In this document: positions 19,801 through 50,699 of the stretch, in pieces
Position numbering within the stretch: the first letter of the stretch is position 1
Layout: every line of letters starts with the position of its first letter
The notes under the pieces: generated by a model
Seen by the model: the letters and a program-made list of their open reading frames with translations, nothing else
Database searches by the model: none
Told to the model about the DNA's origin: nothing
Translations under genes and position numbers: made by a program
From: Thermoanaerobaculia bacterium
Lineage (GTDB): Bacteria; Acidobacteriota; Thermoanaerobaculia; Multivoradales; UBA5704
Length of the DNA: 64,000 nt
Reading direction: 5' to 3'
Assembly: GCA_039918595.1 (NCBI GenBank)
Contig: JBDSHF010000538.1
Span: forward strand, 1,641 to 65,640

Positions 19801-22279
19801 GCACCCGGTCCCCGGTCCGGTAGAGACGCTGGCCGGGCTCGGCGGTGAACGGATGCGGCATAAATTTTTCCGCCGTCAGTTCAGGATGCCCTAGATAGCC
19901 ACGGGAGAGCTGGAGCCCTCCCAGGCAGAGCTCCCCGGCCACGCCGAGAGGCACCGGGCGCAGCCGCTCGTCCAGAACATGGACCCCGACGCCAGGAAGG
20001 CAACGGCCGATGTTCGGCGCGGTACCCGCCTCCACCCGGCAGGCCGTGGCGTCGACCGTGCACTCGGTGGGGCCGTACACGTTGTAGTAGCGCCGCCCGG
20101 TGTCCGCCGCGAGCTCGGCCCAGAGATCCGGCCGGATCGCCTCCCCGCCTACCAGGAGGACGCGCGGGAAGGGTGACTGGCCGCCGGCAAGACCGGCGGC
20201 CAGAAGCAGGCGCAGGTGCGAGGGGGTGCAATCCGCGACGTCGATCCGGTTCTCCCCTAGCCAGGCGAGGAGGGCCTCGCCGTCCCCCCGCACCTCCTCG
20301 GGGACGACCCACAACGAATGACCCCGCAGGAGCTGGATCACCTGCTTGACCGAGGCATCGAAGGAGAGCGGGGCGTTGACGGCGACGCGGAGTGCCGAAC
20401 CGTCCTCGAAGTCCGCATACACCGCCGCGGCGAGCGCCTCGGAGAGACAGGCCACGGAGCGGCTTTCGATGAACGCGCCCTTGGGGGTCCCGGTCGACCC
20501 GGAGGTGTAGATGACGTAGGCGCAGCTCCGCGGGCTCGCCGCGCCGGGGCTTGAGGGGAGAGCCGCGCCGGCTTCCTCCAGGGTGTCGACCAGTACGAGA
20601 GGCAGGGCGCCGGCAGGGAGGGACGCCACCATCGCGGTCCGGGTCAGCACCGCAACCGCGCCGGAGTCGGCGAGCATCCAGGCCAGACGCTCCCCCGTCT
20701 GCCCCGGATCGATCGGCACATAGGCCCCACCGGCCTCGAGCACCGCCAGCAGGGCGACGATGGCCTCCACCGAGCGATCGAGGTAGAGAACCACCCGGGA
20801 CTCCGGCCCCACGCCGAGCCGGCGCAGGCAGCGGGCCAGCGCGTCGGCCCGCTCCGCCAGCTCCCGGAATGTCAACCTCTCGGCGCCGGCGACGACGGCA
20901 AGCGCCTCCGGGGTGCGGGCGGCCTGGGCGGCGAAGCTCCGCGCCGGCAGCGGCTCGGCCGGCGGCGGCGCCGGCCGCAGGCTCCAGGAAGCGAGCCGAG
21001 CGAGTTCGTCCGGGCCGAGTAGATCCAGCTCGTCGATTGGCTTGCCGGGGGCACCCAGCGCACTCCCGAGGAGGGTGAGGAACCGCTCCGCGAGGAGCCG
21101 TAGCGCCTCCATATCATGGGCCGCGGAGTCGGCCAGGAGCTCCAGCGCGAGATCGTCGCCGCGCCGCCGCGCCCAGAGCGTGAGCGCCGGACCACCACCG
21201 GCCCAGAGCTTGTCGACGACCGAAAAGCGCACGCCGCCGCCGCTTTCCAGCTCGGCGGGGGCCTCCTCGAAGGCGAAGGCGAGGGCGCGCCTCTCCACCG
21301 CGGTCTCGCGGCAGAGCTCCTGCCGCTTGGCCGCCTCCGCGATCAGGCTCCCCACACGGCCCAAGGCGCGGGTGAAGGGCCGGCCGTCGAAGCCGCGCAG
21401 GCCGAGGGGGAGGAAGCGGCCCAGGGGGCCCAGAGCCCCCGCGAGCTCGGCGAACTTTCGACCGTCGAACAGCACGTCGAGGGTGATCTCCTGGACGCCC
21501 GCCAGGTGGGCCAGGAGAGAGCCCCAGCAGGTGAGGAGGAAGGCCTCCAGGGAGGCGCCGTGCTCGCGAGCCACTCGCCCCCCCTCGCGCGCGGCCCCGG
21601 GCGGCGAGGCGAAAGCCAGACGCACGAGGGGTGCGGAGCTGAGGGCTGCCTGGCCGTCCAGGACCTCGATTCCCTGCTGGTCCCAGAACTCCTGGGCCTC
21701 CCGGGCCTCTGCATCCTCCAGGATCTCGTTCTGCCACTCCGAGAACTGCACGTACTGTAGCGGCTCGTCCGGCAACTCGCCGCCCTGGACCTCGGCTGCG
21801 TAGGCTCGCACGACCTCGGCGGCCAGATTGTCCAGGCTGCGGGAGTCGGCGAGGAGCACCGGCAGCGTGATCACCAGCAGCCGCCGCTCCCCCGCGAGCG
21901 TGGCCAGGGCGCAGTGGAGAGAGGGTTCACCGTCACGGCCCCCGAGGTGGACCGGCAGGCCGCGCTCGCGCTCCAGAAGAGTCGCCAGCGCGGCGTCCTC
22001 GGGAACGGCGTCGAGCTCGACCTCGCGGAAAGCGAGCAGCGGCTCGCCGGAGATGACCTGGATCGGTACCTCCATTCCGGGGAGCCGCTCGAAGCGGGTC
22101 CGCAGGATCTCGTGCCGGGAGACGACCCGGAGCAGCGCCCGCTCCAGCGCCTGTACGTGGAGATCCCCCTCCAGCGCCAGAGCGCACTGGGCCTTGCCGA
22201 CGACATGTCCATCCCGCAGCGGCCACAGACGCTGCTGCTGGGGGGAGAGGCGGAAACCTTCGATCACTTGCTGCGGCAC
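16832..22279 (-). CDS. NRPS-4: X-A(Glu-type, FkbM-MT insert)-T-C (module 10; AmbE-like minus T2-TE)
   Basis: 1815-aa ORF. GTG 22279 is preceded by AGGAG (22289-22285, 5-nt spacer). The stop overlaps the NRPS-5 ATG. X domain: LSPQQQRLW, SRHEILRTRF, and ITLPVLLADSRS at the C3 position. A domain: CAYVIYTSGSTGTPKG, SFDASVKQ, YNVYGPTECTVD, RLYRTGD, GRLDRQVKVRGVRIEPGEIE; hand code DAKDLGVVDK. It is interrupted by an FkbM-type MT (ILDVGANIGMFTLF, Asp codon 19442-19444; VDLLKVDVQRAELEVLQG), followed by LPDNMVP..RNGKVD. Then T (GGHSL), C (HHIVSDAWS) and a 40-aa charged tail. Approximate nt map: X 21005-22279; A+MT 18584-20947; T 18332-18538; C 16955-18262; tail 16835-16954. Confidence 0.97.
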   Translation of the reverse strand: MPQQVIEGFRLSPQQQRLWPLRDGHVVGKAQCALALEGDLHVQALERALLRVVSRHEILRTRFERLPGMEVPIQVISGEPLLAFREVELDAVPEDAALATLLERERGLPVHLGGRDGEPSLHCALATLAGERRLLVITLPVLLADSRSLDNLAAEVVRAYAAEVQGGELPDEPLQYVQFSEWQNEILEDAEAREAQEFWDQQGIEVLDGQAALSSAPLVRLAFASPPGAAREGGRVAREHGASLEAFLLTCWGSLLAHLAGVQEITLDVLFDGRKFAELAGALGPLGRFLPLGLRGFDGRPFTRALGRVGSLIAEAAKRQELCRETAVERRALAFAFEEAPAELESGGGVRFSVVDKLWAGGGPALTLWARRRGDDLALELLADSAAHDMEALRLLAERFLTLLGSALGAPGKPIDELDLLGPDELARLASWSLRPAPPPAEPLPARSFAAQAARTPEALAVVAGAERLTFRELAERADALARCLRRLGVGPESRVVLYLDRSVEAIVALLAVLEAGGAYVPIDPGQTGERLAWMLADSGAVAVLTRTAMVASLPAGALPLVLVDTLEEAGAALPSSPGAASPRSCAYVIYTSGSTGTPKGAFIESRSVACLSEALAAAVYADFEDGSALRVAVNAPLSFDASVKQVIQLLRGHSLWVVPEEVRGDGEALLAWLGENRIDVADCTPSHLRLLLAAGLAGGQSPFPRVLLVGGEAIRPDLWAELAADTGRRYYNVYGPTECTVDATACRVEAGTAPNIGRCLPGVGVHVLDERLRPVPLGVAGELCLGGLQLSRGYLGHPELTAEKFMPHPFTAEPGQRLYRTGDRVRFLAEGRLEFLGRLDRQVKVRGVRIEPGEIEATLRESPLVRDALVVLREDHPGDQRLVAYVLPGRQGAAPAGRPRYELPNGMTILHQNRNETDYLYEEIFDKRCYLQHGLRLPDDACILDVGANIGMFTLFVHQECARPRVFAFEPVPAIFESLRANCELYAPGTRLFPYGLSDGEREEAFTFYPRYTMMSGQSRHARPESETEVVKRYLENLREEGSQDAEILLEEANDLLAGRFQGDDVTARLRRLSDVLREEKIARVDLLKVDVQRAELEVLQGLDEGDWAAVDQVAMEVHDAPGTESEGRVAEVLALLDRRGFRAVAEQDELLRGTDRHNVYAVSLRLPAGAVAEPRIATPRSQPPAETVPLASADLRQFLRSRLPDNMVPTAFVWLDEIPLTRNGKVDLAALPLPEDVAPAREAAPPRTPFEEVLVGIWSEVLGVDRVGIDESFFELGGHSLLATQVMSRARSAFQVELPLRALFEEPTVEGLAARIESVVRAGHGLEAPPILPVSRDGDLPLSFAQQRFWFLHQVEPDSPAYNSPKAVRLAGRLDAAVLERTLGEVLRRHEVLRTTFPTADGGPRQRIAPVSPFHLPRIDLTGLADSPRETVSLGLMTEEARRPFDLARGPLLRAHLLRLGEEEHVILLTMHHIVSDAWSLGVLVREVATLYAAFLAGLPSPLPELPVQYADISFWQRHWLAGEVLERELAFWRRQLGSEPPVLDLPTDRPRPAAPTFRGGRESFRLAPEVSARLQELSRGEGATLFMTLLAGFQALLARYSGQDRVLVGVPIAGRNRRETEDLIGCFLNMLVMGADLSGRPSFRELVGRVRRFALDAYTHQDLPFEKLVEDLAPERGAGRSPIFQVAFGLQNAPREVFDLPGLKLQPVGAQLESSRYDLTLWLYEGRESLGLSWTYNADLFEAATIARMQGHLETLLREASARPDEPLDALRVLTDEEEAELERHRRALKDSNRKRFLAVRSRAGAGTGAPR
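18776..19582 (-). other. FkbM-type methyltransferase domain inserted in the A domain (A8/A9), NRPS-4 copy (subtype b)
   Basis: NRNETDYLYEEIFDKRCY, CILDVGANIGMFTLFVHQECARPRVFAFEP, VDLLKVDVQRAELEVLQG. Confidence 0.8.
21005..22279 (-). other. X domain (condensation-superfamily fold, catalytic His absent), NRPS-4 copy
   Basis: LSPQQQRLW, SRHEILRTRF and LQYVQFSEWQ are retained. The C3 position reads ITLPVLLADSRS. Confidence 0.8.
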
Positions 22280-22312
22280 GCGTGCTCCTAGCTCACTTGA
22301 GATCCGGCGTCG

Positions 22313-23362
22313 TCAAAGGCCGGGATGGGTGTGCAGATCCGCCATCGCCACGAGGACGGTACGGGGGCCCTCGAACGGCTCGCGGCCGTGCGACGCCAGG
22401 ATGTTGTCGACGAGAAGGACGTCCCCCTTCTCCCACGGAAAGCTCACCGCCGTGTCCTGATAAACCTGACGAATGTGCTCCAGGACGGCATCGTCGATCG
22501 GCGTGCCGTCGCCGTAGAAGGCGTTGCGGGGCAGCTCATCCGGAGCGAACTCGGAGAGCAGCGACTCGCGAACCGCCGGCTGCAGGTTGGAGACGTGGAA
22601 CATGTGAGCGTGGTTGAACCAGATCGTCTCGCCGGTGCGCGGGTGCTGGACCATCACCTGGCGCACCGAGCGGGTGCGGAGCCGATCCTTGTCCCGCCAT
22701 TCCACGGTGGCACCGGCCTTTTGGCAATACTCCTCGACCGCCGCGCGGTCGTCGGTCTGGAACGCCTCCCGCCAGGAGAGGTCGACGCCCTCGCCGTAAT
22801 TGCGGATGTACATCACCTTCTTCTCCAGGAACCGCCGCTTGATCTCGGGGTCGAGGCGATCGATCACCTTGCGGTCGTCGGCGACCGGAGTGCAGCCCCC
22901 CTTGCGAGCCGGCTGATCGCAATAGAAGAGGATCTTGGTCGGCCAGTTGTGCGAGTAGGACATCTCGTGATGGAGCGGGATGTACTGGTCGGCCGGGAAC
23001 TCGGTCGAGGTGTAGATCTTGCTGCTCACCTCGTTGCGCGGGGCGGCGCGCTCGCGATAGTCGAGCAGCTCCGGATAGAGCGCCTTCGAGACCTCGTAGA
23101 AGTGTTCGGCCGAGCTCACGCCGAAGCCGCGGAACAGGATGACGCCGTGGCGCAGCAGCTGCTCCTCGACAGAGGCACGGTTGGCCCCCGCCCAGGAAGT
23201 CAGGTTGATGCTCTCGGCATTCGGCTCCATCACCAGGGGAAAACGGTCGGCGTCGCCGTCGAGGTAGCGCGTGCGGACGAGCTCCTCCTGGGACAGCCGC
23301 ACCGCCTTGCGGGGCCGGGACCGGAAATCATTGAAGTTGGATCCACTGATCGGGTTGCTCAT
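22313..23362 (-). CDS. TauD/TfdA-family (SyrP-like) Fe(II)/2-oxoglutarate-dependent oxygenase, paralogue 2
   Basis: The ORF track gives 449 aa starting at 23662. Its first 100 aa are Arg/Gly/Pro-rich and partly overlap the NRPS-3 3' end out of frame. ATG 23362 (MSNPISGSNFNDFRSRPRK...) is preceded by the purine-rich AGAGGA and lines up with the start of the paralogue at 51752 (MSSEDSSFNKFRARPRQ...). This gives 349 aa. Family features: LLRHGVILFRGF, an H-x-E facial-triad element (IPLHHEMSY), and a distal His-Arg (ILASHGREPFEG). Confidence 0.9.
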   Translation of the reverse strand: MSNPISGSNFNDFRSRPRKAVRLSQEELVRTRYLDGDADRFPLVMEPNAESINLTSWAGANRASVEEQLLRHGVILFRGFGVSSAEHFYEVSKALYPELLDYRERAAPRNEVSSKIYTSTEFPADQYIPLHHEMSYSHNWPTKILFYCDQPARKGGCTPVADDRKVIDRLDPEIKRRFLEKKVMYIRNYGEGVDLSWREAFQTDDRAAVEEYCQKAGATVEWRDKDRLRTRSVRQVMVQHPRTGETIWFNHAHMFHVSNLQPAVRESLLSEFAPDELPRNAFYGDGTPIDDAVLEHIRQVYQDTAVSFPWEKGDVLLVDNILASHGREPFEGPRTVLVAMADLHTHPGL

Positions 23363-23385
23363 CGAATCTGTCCTCTCTTCTCTGG

Positions 23386-45233
<21,848 letters not shown>

Positions 45234-45234
<1 letters not shown>

Positions 45235-48200
45235 CAGCGGCCTCCCACACTTCTGCGCTCGACCCGCTTCAGCCGCGCGACATTGGCGTCCTCGCGCTGC
45301 CGGCGGCGCCGCTCCTCCTCCTCGCGGGCGGCCGCGGAGACCACCGTGAGGTCCTTGAGGGGCGTCTGCGGCGCCGCCACGGCGCTCTCGAGCAGGGAGG
45401 CGAAGCTCTCATGCAGGCCGGCGATCGTGGCGGCGTCGAACAGGTCGGTGCTGTAGGTCCAGTTCGAGGCCAGCCTCCCCCCCTCCTCCCACATCCAGAC
45501 GGTGAGCGGAAAACGGGCCACCTCGTATTCGACGGGGATCGTCGTCAGCTCCAGGCCCGGCAGCCTCAGGTCATACGGCGGCGCGTTCTGAAAACCGAAG
45601 GCCACCCGGAAGATCGGGGCCGGGCCCGAGCTGCGCTCGGGTTGCAGCTCCTCGACCAGCTTGTCGAACGGCAGGCCCTGGTGCGCGTAGGCGCCGAGCG
45701 CCGCCTCGCGGACGCGGGTGAGAAGATCGAGGAAGGTGGGGTTGCCGGACAGATCGGTGCGCAACGGCAGCATGTTGACGAAGAAGCCGATGAGCCCCTC
45801 GGTTTCGATCCGGTTGCGGCCGGCGATGGCGGTGCCCACGATCAGGTCCTCCTGCCCGCTGCAGCGGGCGAGGAGGGCCTTGAAACCGGCGAGCAGGGTG
45901 ATGAACAGGGTCGCTCCCCGGGCGTAGCTCAGCGCCGCGAGCGACTCCGCGAGCCCCTCCGGCAGCAGAAACGTGCCGCGGCGCCCGCGGTAGGTGAGCG
46001 CCGCGGCGTGCTGGCGCTCGAACGGCAGCTTCAGCTGGGGCAGCGGGCTGCCGAGACGCTGGCGCCAGTAGAGCAGGTGGGCCGCCAGAGCCTCGCCGCG
46101 CAGCCAGTCACGCTGCCAGCGGCTGAAGTCCGCGTACTGTACCGGCAGCTCGGGCAGCGGCGAGGGGAGCCGCTCGAGGAAGGCCGGATAGAGCATCCCG
46201 ACCTCGCGGACCAGGATGCCCATGGACCAGGCGTCACACACGATGTGGTGCATGCCGAAAAGAAGGGCATGCCGCTCCGGTCCCTGCCGCAGGAGGGTCA
46301 CTCGCAGCAGCGGCGCCACGGCCAGGTCGAAGGGACGCAACGTATCCCGCGCCGCGAGCCGCCCTACCTCCTCCTCCGCCGCGGCCGCGGGCAGGCCGGA
46401 GAGGTCGACCCGCGGCAGGGTGAGCTGGACCGCGGGCAGGATCTTCTGGATCGGCCGCCCGCCCACCACCGGAAAGGCGGTGCGCAACACCTCGTGCCGG
46501 CGCACCACCTCGGCGAGGGTACGCTCCAGCACGGCGAGATCCAGGGGCCCCTCCAGCCAGAGGGCGCGGTTGGTGGAGTAGAACGTCCCTCCCGGCTCGA
46601 GCTGATCGATGAACCAGAGGCGCTGCTGGGCGAAAGAGAGGGGGAGCTCGCCGTCCCGCGGAACCGGCGTCACCGGCGGCGACTGCAGCCCGTTCGCCGC
46701 CCGGACCGCCTCTTCCGCCCGCCACGCCAGGCCGGCCACGGTGGGCGATTCGAACAGCGCGCGCAACGGCATCTCGATCTGAAAGATCTCGCGCACACGG
46801 GACATCAGCTGAGTGGCGAGGAGGGAGTGGCCGCCCAGCTCGAAGAAGTTCGAGCTGGCCCCGACCCGGTCATGGCCCAGCACGCCGGCCCAGATCGACG
46901 CCATGATGCCTTCGAAGGGGGTCTGCGCCGCCACCAGGTCCGGGCCGCTCGCCTCCTCATCCGGTACCGGCAGGGCCGCCCGGTCCACCTTGCCGTTGCG
47001 AGTCAGCGGCAGCTCGTCCAGCACCACGTAGGCCGCGGGCACCATGACCTCGGGCAGGCGCGACTGCGCCAGCTCCCTGAGACCGCCGGCGGTGAGATCG
47101 GCGCCGTCCGGCTCCGCCACCGCTTCGTCGGCGCCGATCCCGGCACCCTCGAGCCCGGGGCGCACGGCATAGAGGTTGTGGCGGTCGGTGCCGGCGAGCA
47201 GCTCGTCCTGCTCGCTGGTCACCTGGAAGCCGTGGAGCTCCAGGAGGGAGGTGATCGCCGCCAGCCGCCCCTCGCTTTCGGCGCCCGGGGCGTCGTGGAC
47301 CTCCATGACCACCTGGAGCACCTTGGGCCAGTCCGCCGGGTCGATCCCGCGCAGGACGTCCATCTCCGCCCGCTGCACGTCCACCTTGAGCAGGTCGACG
47401 CGCTCGATCTCCTGCTCGTGCAGGACGTCGGACAGACGGCGCAGCAGGACCTCGTGGAGCTCGCCCTGGAATCTCCCCTCCAGGAGCTCGTCGGCATGAT
47501 CGAGGAGCGCCGCGGACGCATCCGCGGCTCCGGACCCGCGGGCGTTCTCGAGGAAGCGCTTGATCACCGTCACCTCTCCCGCAGCGTCGGCGCTGGAGCT
47601 GCGGCCGGACATCATGGTGTAGCGGGGGTAGAAGGTGAACTCGTCCCGCCGCTCCTGGTCCGCGAGGCCGAAGGGGAAGAGGTGGGCTCCCGGGGCGTAG
47701 AGGTCGGCGTTGGCCTGAAACGTCTGGCAGAGCGGCTGCAGGGGTTCGAAGGCGTAGATCCGCGCCGCCGGACGATGGCGGGCGACGAAGAGGGAGAACA
47801 TCCCGATGTTGGCCCCCACGTCGAGGACCACCGGCGCGTCCGGCAGCCGGACGCCGTGGCGCACGTAGCAGCGGTTCTCGAAGATCTCCCGGAAGAGATA
47901 CTCGGTCTCGTTGCGGTTCTGCCCGGCGACCGCCATGCCGTTGGGCAAGCGGTGGCGCTGGCGGCCGCCGGGGAGGGAGGGCTGGCGCCGTTTCGGCGTC
48001 ACGTAGGCGATCAGCCGGCGGTTGCCCGGCTGATCTTCCCGGACGTCCACCACGGCGGCGGCGACCGCCGGGTGCTCCCGCAGCACCGCCTCGATCTCAC
48101 CCAGCTCGACGCGATGGCCGCGCAGCTTGATCTGGTGGTCCAGCCGGCCCAGGAACTCGAGCGCGCCTTCCTGCAGGTGGCGGACCCGGTCGCCGGTGCG

Positions 48201-50684
48201 GTAGAGCCGCGTTCCCGGCTCCGCCGAGAAGGGGTCGGGGACGAACCGCCCGGCGGTAAGCTCGGGGCGGCGGGCGTAGCCGCGGGCCAGTCCGGCGCCG
48301 CCGATCCAGAGCTCGCCGGCGGCTCCCGCGGGCACCGGCCGGAGCCGCTCGTCCAGGACGTAGACCCGCACGTTCGCCAGAGGCCGGCCGATGGTGGGCG
48401 TGCCGGGAAGGATCTGGCAGGCCGTGGTGTCGACCGTGCACTCGGTCGGGCCATAGACGTTGTAAAAGCGCCGGTCCGGATCGCCGGCCAGCGTCCGCCA
48501 CAAGCCGGGATCGATCGCCTCCCCACCCACCAGGACGCGGCGCGGCGCGCCCGGACCCGCGAGACCGGCGGCCAGGAGGAGGCGGAGCTGAGTGGGCGTG
48601 CAGTCGAGGACGTCGATGCGCTGCGCGCGCAGAAAGGAGAGCAGGGCCTCGCCGTCGGCGCGGATCTCCTCCGGCATCAGGCAGAGCGCGTGTCCGCGGG
48701 CGAGCTGGCCGAGCTGTTTGATCGCGGCGTCGAACGACAGGGGGGCGTTGAGGCTCACCCGCAAGGGGCCGCTCTCCCCCGCGTAAACCGCCTGGTCCAG
48801 GGCGGCGAGAAGGTTGACCAGCGCACCGTGGCGGATCAACACCCCTTTGGGGCGGCCGCTGGAGCCGGAGGTGAAGATCGCATAGGCGAGATTCTCCGGA
48901 CCGGCCTCGATGCCGAACGGCTCGCCGCTCTCGCCGGCGATCTCATCCGCCAGGAGGTCGAGGGGGACCGGGGGGCAATCCTGCCCGAGGAAAAGCGGCA
49001 GGAGCCGCTGCTGGGTCAGCACGGCCCGGGCTTCCACCTCCGCGAGCATGAAACGGAGGCGCTCCGGAGGCTGGGTCGGATCGAGGGGCACGAAGGCCGC
49101 GCCGCGCTTGAGCACGGCCAGGACCGCCACGATCTGCTCCGGCGAGCGGTCGAGGCACAGGGCCACCCGCGAATCGAGCCCCACGCTCCAGCGCCGAAGG
49201 TAGCGGGCCAGCCGGCTCGCCCTCTGGTCGAGCTCGCGGTAGGTGATCTCCCGGCCGTCGGCCACCAGGGCCGTCGCCTCCGGAGCGCGCTGGGCCTGGA
49301 GCTCCACCAGGCGGTGCAAGGGGCCTTCCCAGGGCACTTCGCGGCGGGTCCGGTTCCACCCCGCGAGCACCTGCTCCCGTTCCCCGGCGCCCAGGATCTC
49401 GAGGTCCCCCAGGGGTCTTCCGGGCTCCCGCGAGCCCTCTCGCAGCAAGGTCTCGAAGCGGTCCAGGAGGAGCCCGGCGTCGTCCGGCGTGAAGCAGGCC
49501 GGCTCAAAATGAAGCTCCAGCGTCAGCTCGCCGCCCGTGGCGATCACCGCCAGCCGCGCCCGGTGGCGGTCGACCCTCGCCGATTGCCGCAGCCAGGAGA
49601 CGCGCAATCCGGCCGCTTCCGCCGCCGCCGGAACCTCCCGGAAATCGAAGAGGACGGGGAGGAAGCCGACACCATGATCCCCGGGCGCGAAGGACAGCTG
49701 GTGGTCCGCCGCCTCGCGGAATGCCGCGGCCACCGTGCGCACGGCGTCGTGGAAATCGAAGTGCTCCTCGAGCCCGCAGCTCACGGGAACGTAGCCCGCG
49801 AAGGGTCCGATCGCCCCGCGGAGCGGCTCCAGGGGGCGGCCGTCCACCAAGGCGCCGACGACGACGGTGGCAGCCTCGCCGAGACGGCGGAGGGTGGCGC
49901 ACCAGGCGGCGAGGAACACGATCGAGAGCGGGACACCCGGGGCCGTCAAGGCGGCGGCCGCGGCGGCCAGCGCGGGGCCGACAGGGCGCGACAGCACTCC
50001 GGGGTGGAAACGGGAGGCCTGCCGGCCGCCGTTCTGGTACCGGGCGAGGGGGTCGGCGAGTGCCCCGGGCGCGAGATGGCTCCAGTGGGCGCGCCCGGCC
50101 TCGGCCGTCTCCTCCTCCTCCAGGGAGGCCTGCCACTCGGAGAAATCGGCGTACTGTACCGGCGCCGGGTCGGTTTCAGCGCCGGCCACCCGGCAGGCAT
50201 AGGCGCGGACGATCTGGTCCACGGCGTTGTCGAGGCTCAGCGGATCGGCGACCAGGGCCGACAGCACCAGCAGGAGCACCCGGCGGCGTTCGTCCAGGTG
50301 GAGCAGGACATAGCGCGCCAGCGGCCCCCGCCGGAGGTCGAACGGCCTGCTCCTCTCCACCTCGAGCTGCCCGGCCACCAGCTCCTCGAGACTGATCCCA
50401 TCCGCCATTTCCGAGGCCCGGACCTGCCGCAGCTCCGGCTCGGAGGGCTCTCCGATCACCTGCAGCGGAGCCTCGACCCCGGGCAGGGTCTGGAACGTCG
50501 TCCGCAGGATCTCGTGGCGGTCCCCCAGGTCCCGCAGGGCCTGGCGAAAAACCTCTTCGCGCACCTCCCCCGTGAGGAGCAAGGCCCCCTCGACCCGGTA
50601 CTCCGCTCCCTCCTCAGAGAGGCGCCAGAGGTGCAACTGCCGGGCGGAAACCCGGAACCCTTCGATCGTCGCCGTCGTCGTCAT
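45234..50684 (-). CDS. NRPS-2: X-A(Glu-type, FkbM-MT insert)-T-C (module 3; AmbE-like minus T2-TE)
   Basis: 1816-aa ORF. ATG 50684 lies 15 nt after the TauD-1 stop, with GGGAG upstream. X domain: VSARQLHLW, DRHEILRTTF, and LVLSALVADPLS at the C3 position. A domain: LAYAIFTSGSSGRPKG, SFDAAIKQ, YNVYGPTECTVD, RLYRTGD, GRLDHQIKLRGHRVELGEIE; hand code DAKDLGVVDK. It is interrupted by an FkbM-type MT (VVLDVGANIGMFSLF, Asp codon 47820-47822; VDLLKVDVQRAEMDVLRG), followed by LPEVMVP..RNGKVDR. Then T (GGHSL), C (HHIVCDAWS) and a 36-aa charged tail. Approximate nt map: X 49395-50684; A+MT 46971-49322; T 46719-46928; C 45345-46652; tail 45237-45344. Confidence 0.97.
47151..47957 (-). other. FkbM-type methyltransferase domain inserted in the A domain (A8/A9), NRPS-2 copy (subtype a)
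   Basis: NRNETEYLFREIFENRCY, VVLDVGANIGMFSLFVARHRPAARIYAFEP, VDLLKVDVQRAEMDVLRG. Flanked by GRLDHQIKLRGHRVELGEIE (A8) and LPEVMVP (A9). Confidence 0.8.
49395..50684 (-). other. X domain (condensation-superfamily fold, catalytic His absent), NRPS-2 copy
   Basis: C1/C2/C4-like cores are retained. The C3 position reads LSALVADPLS instead of MHHxxxDGxS. Confidence 0.8.
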
Positions 50685-50699
50685 CGCCGCTCGGCTCCC

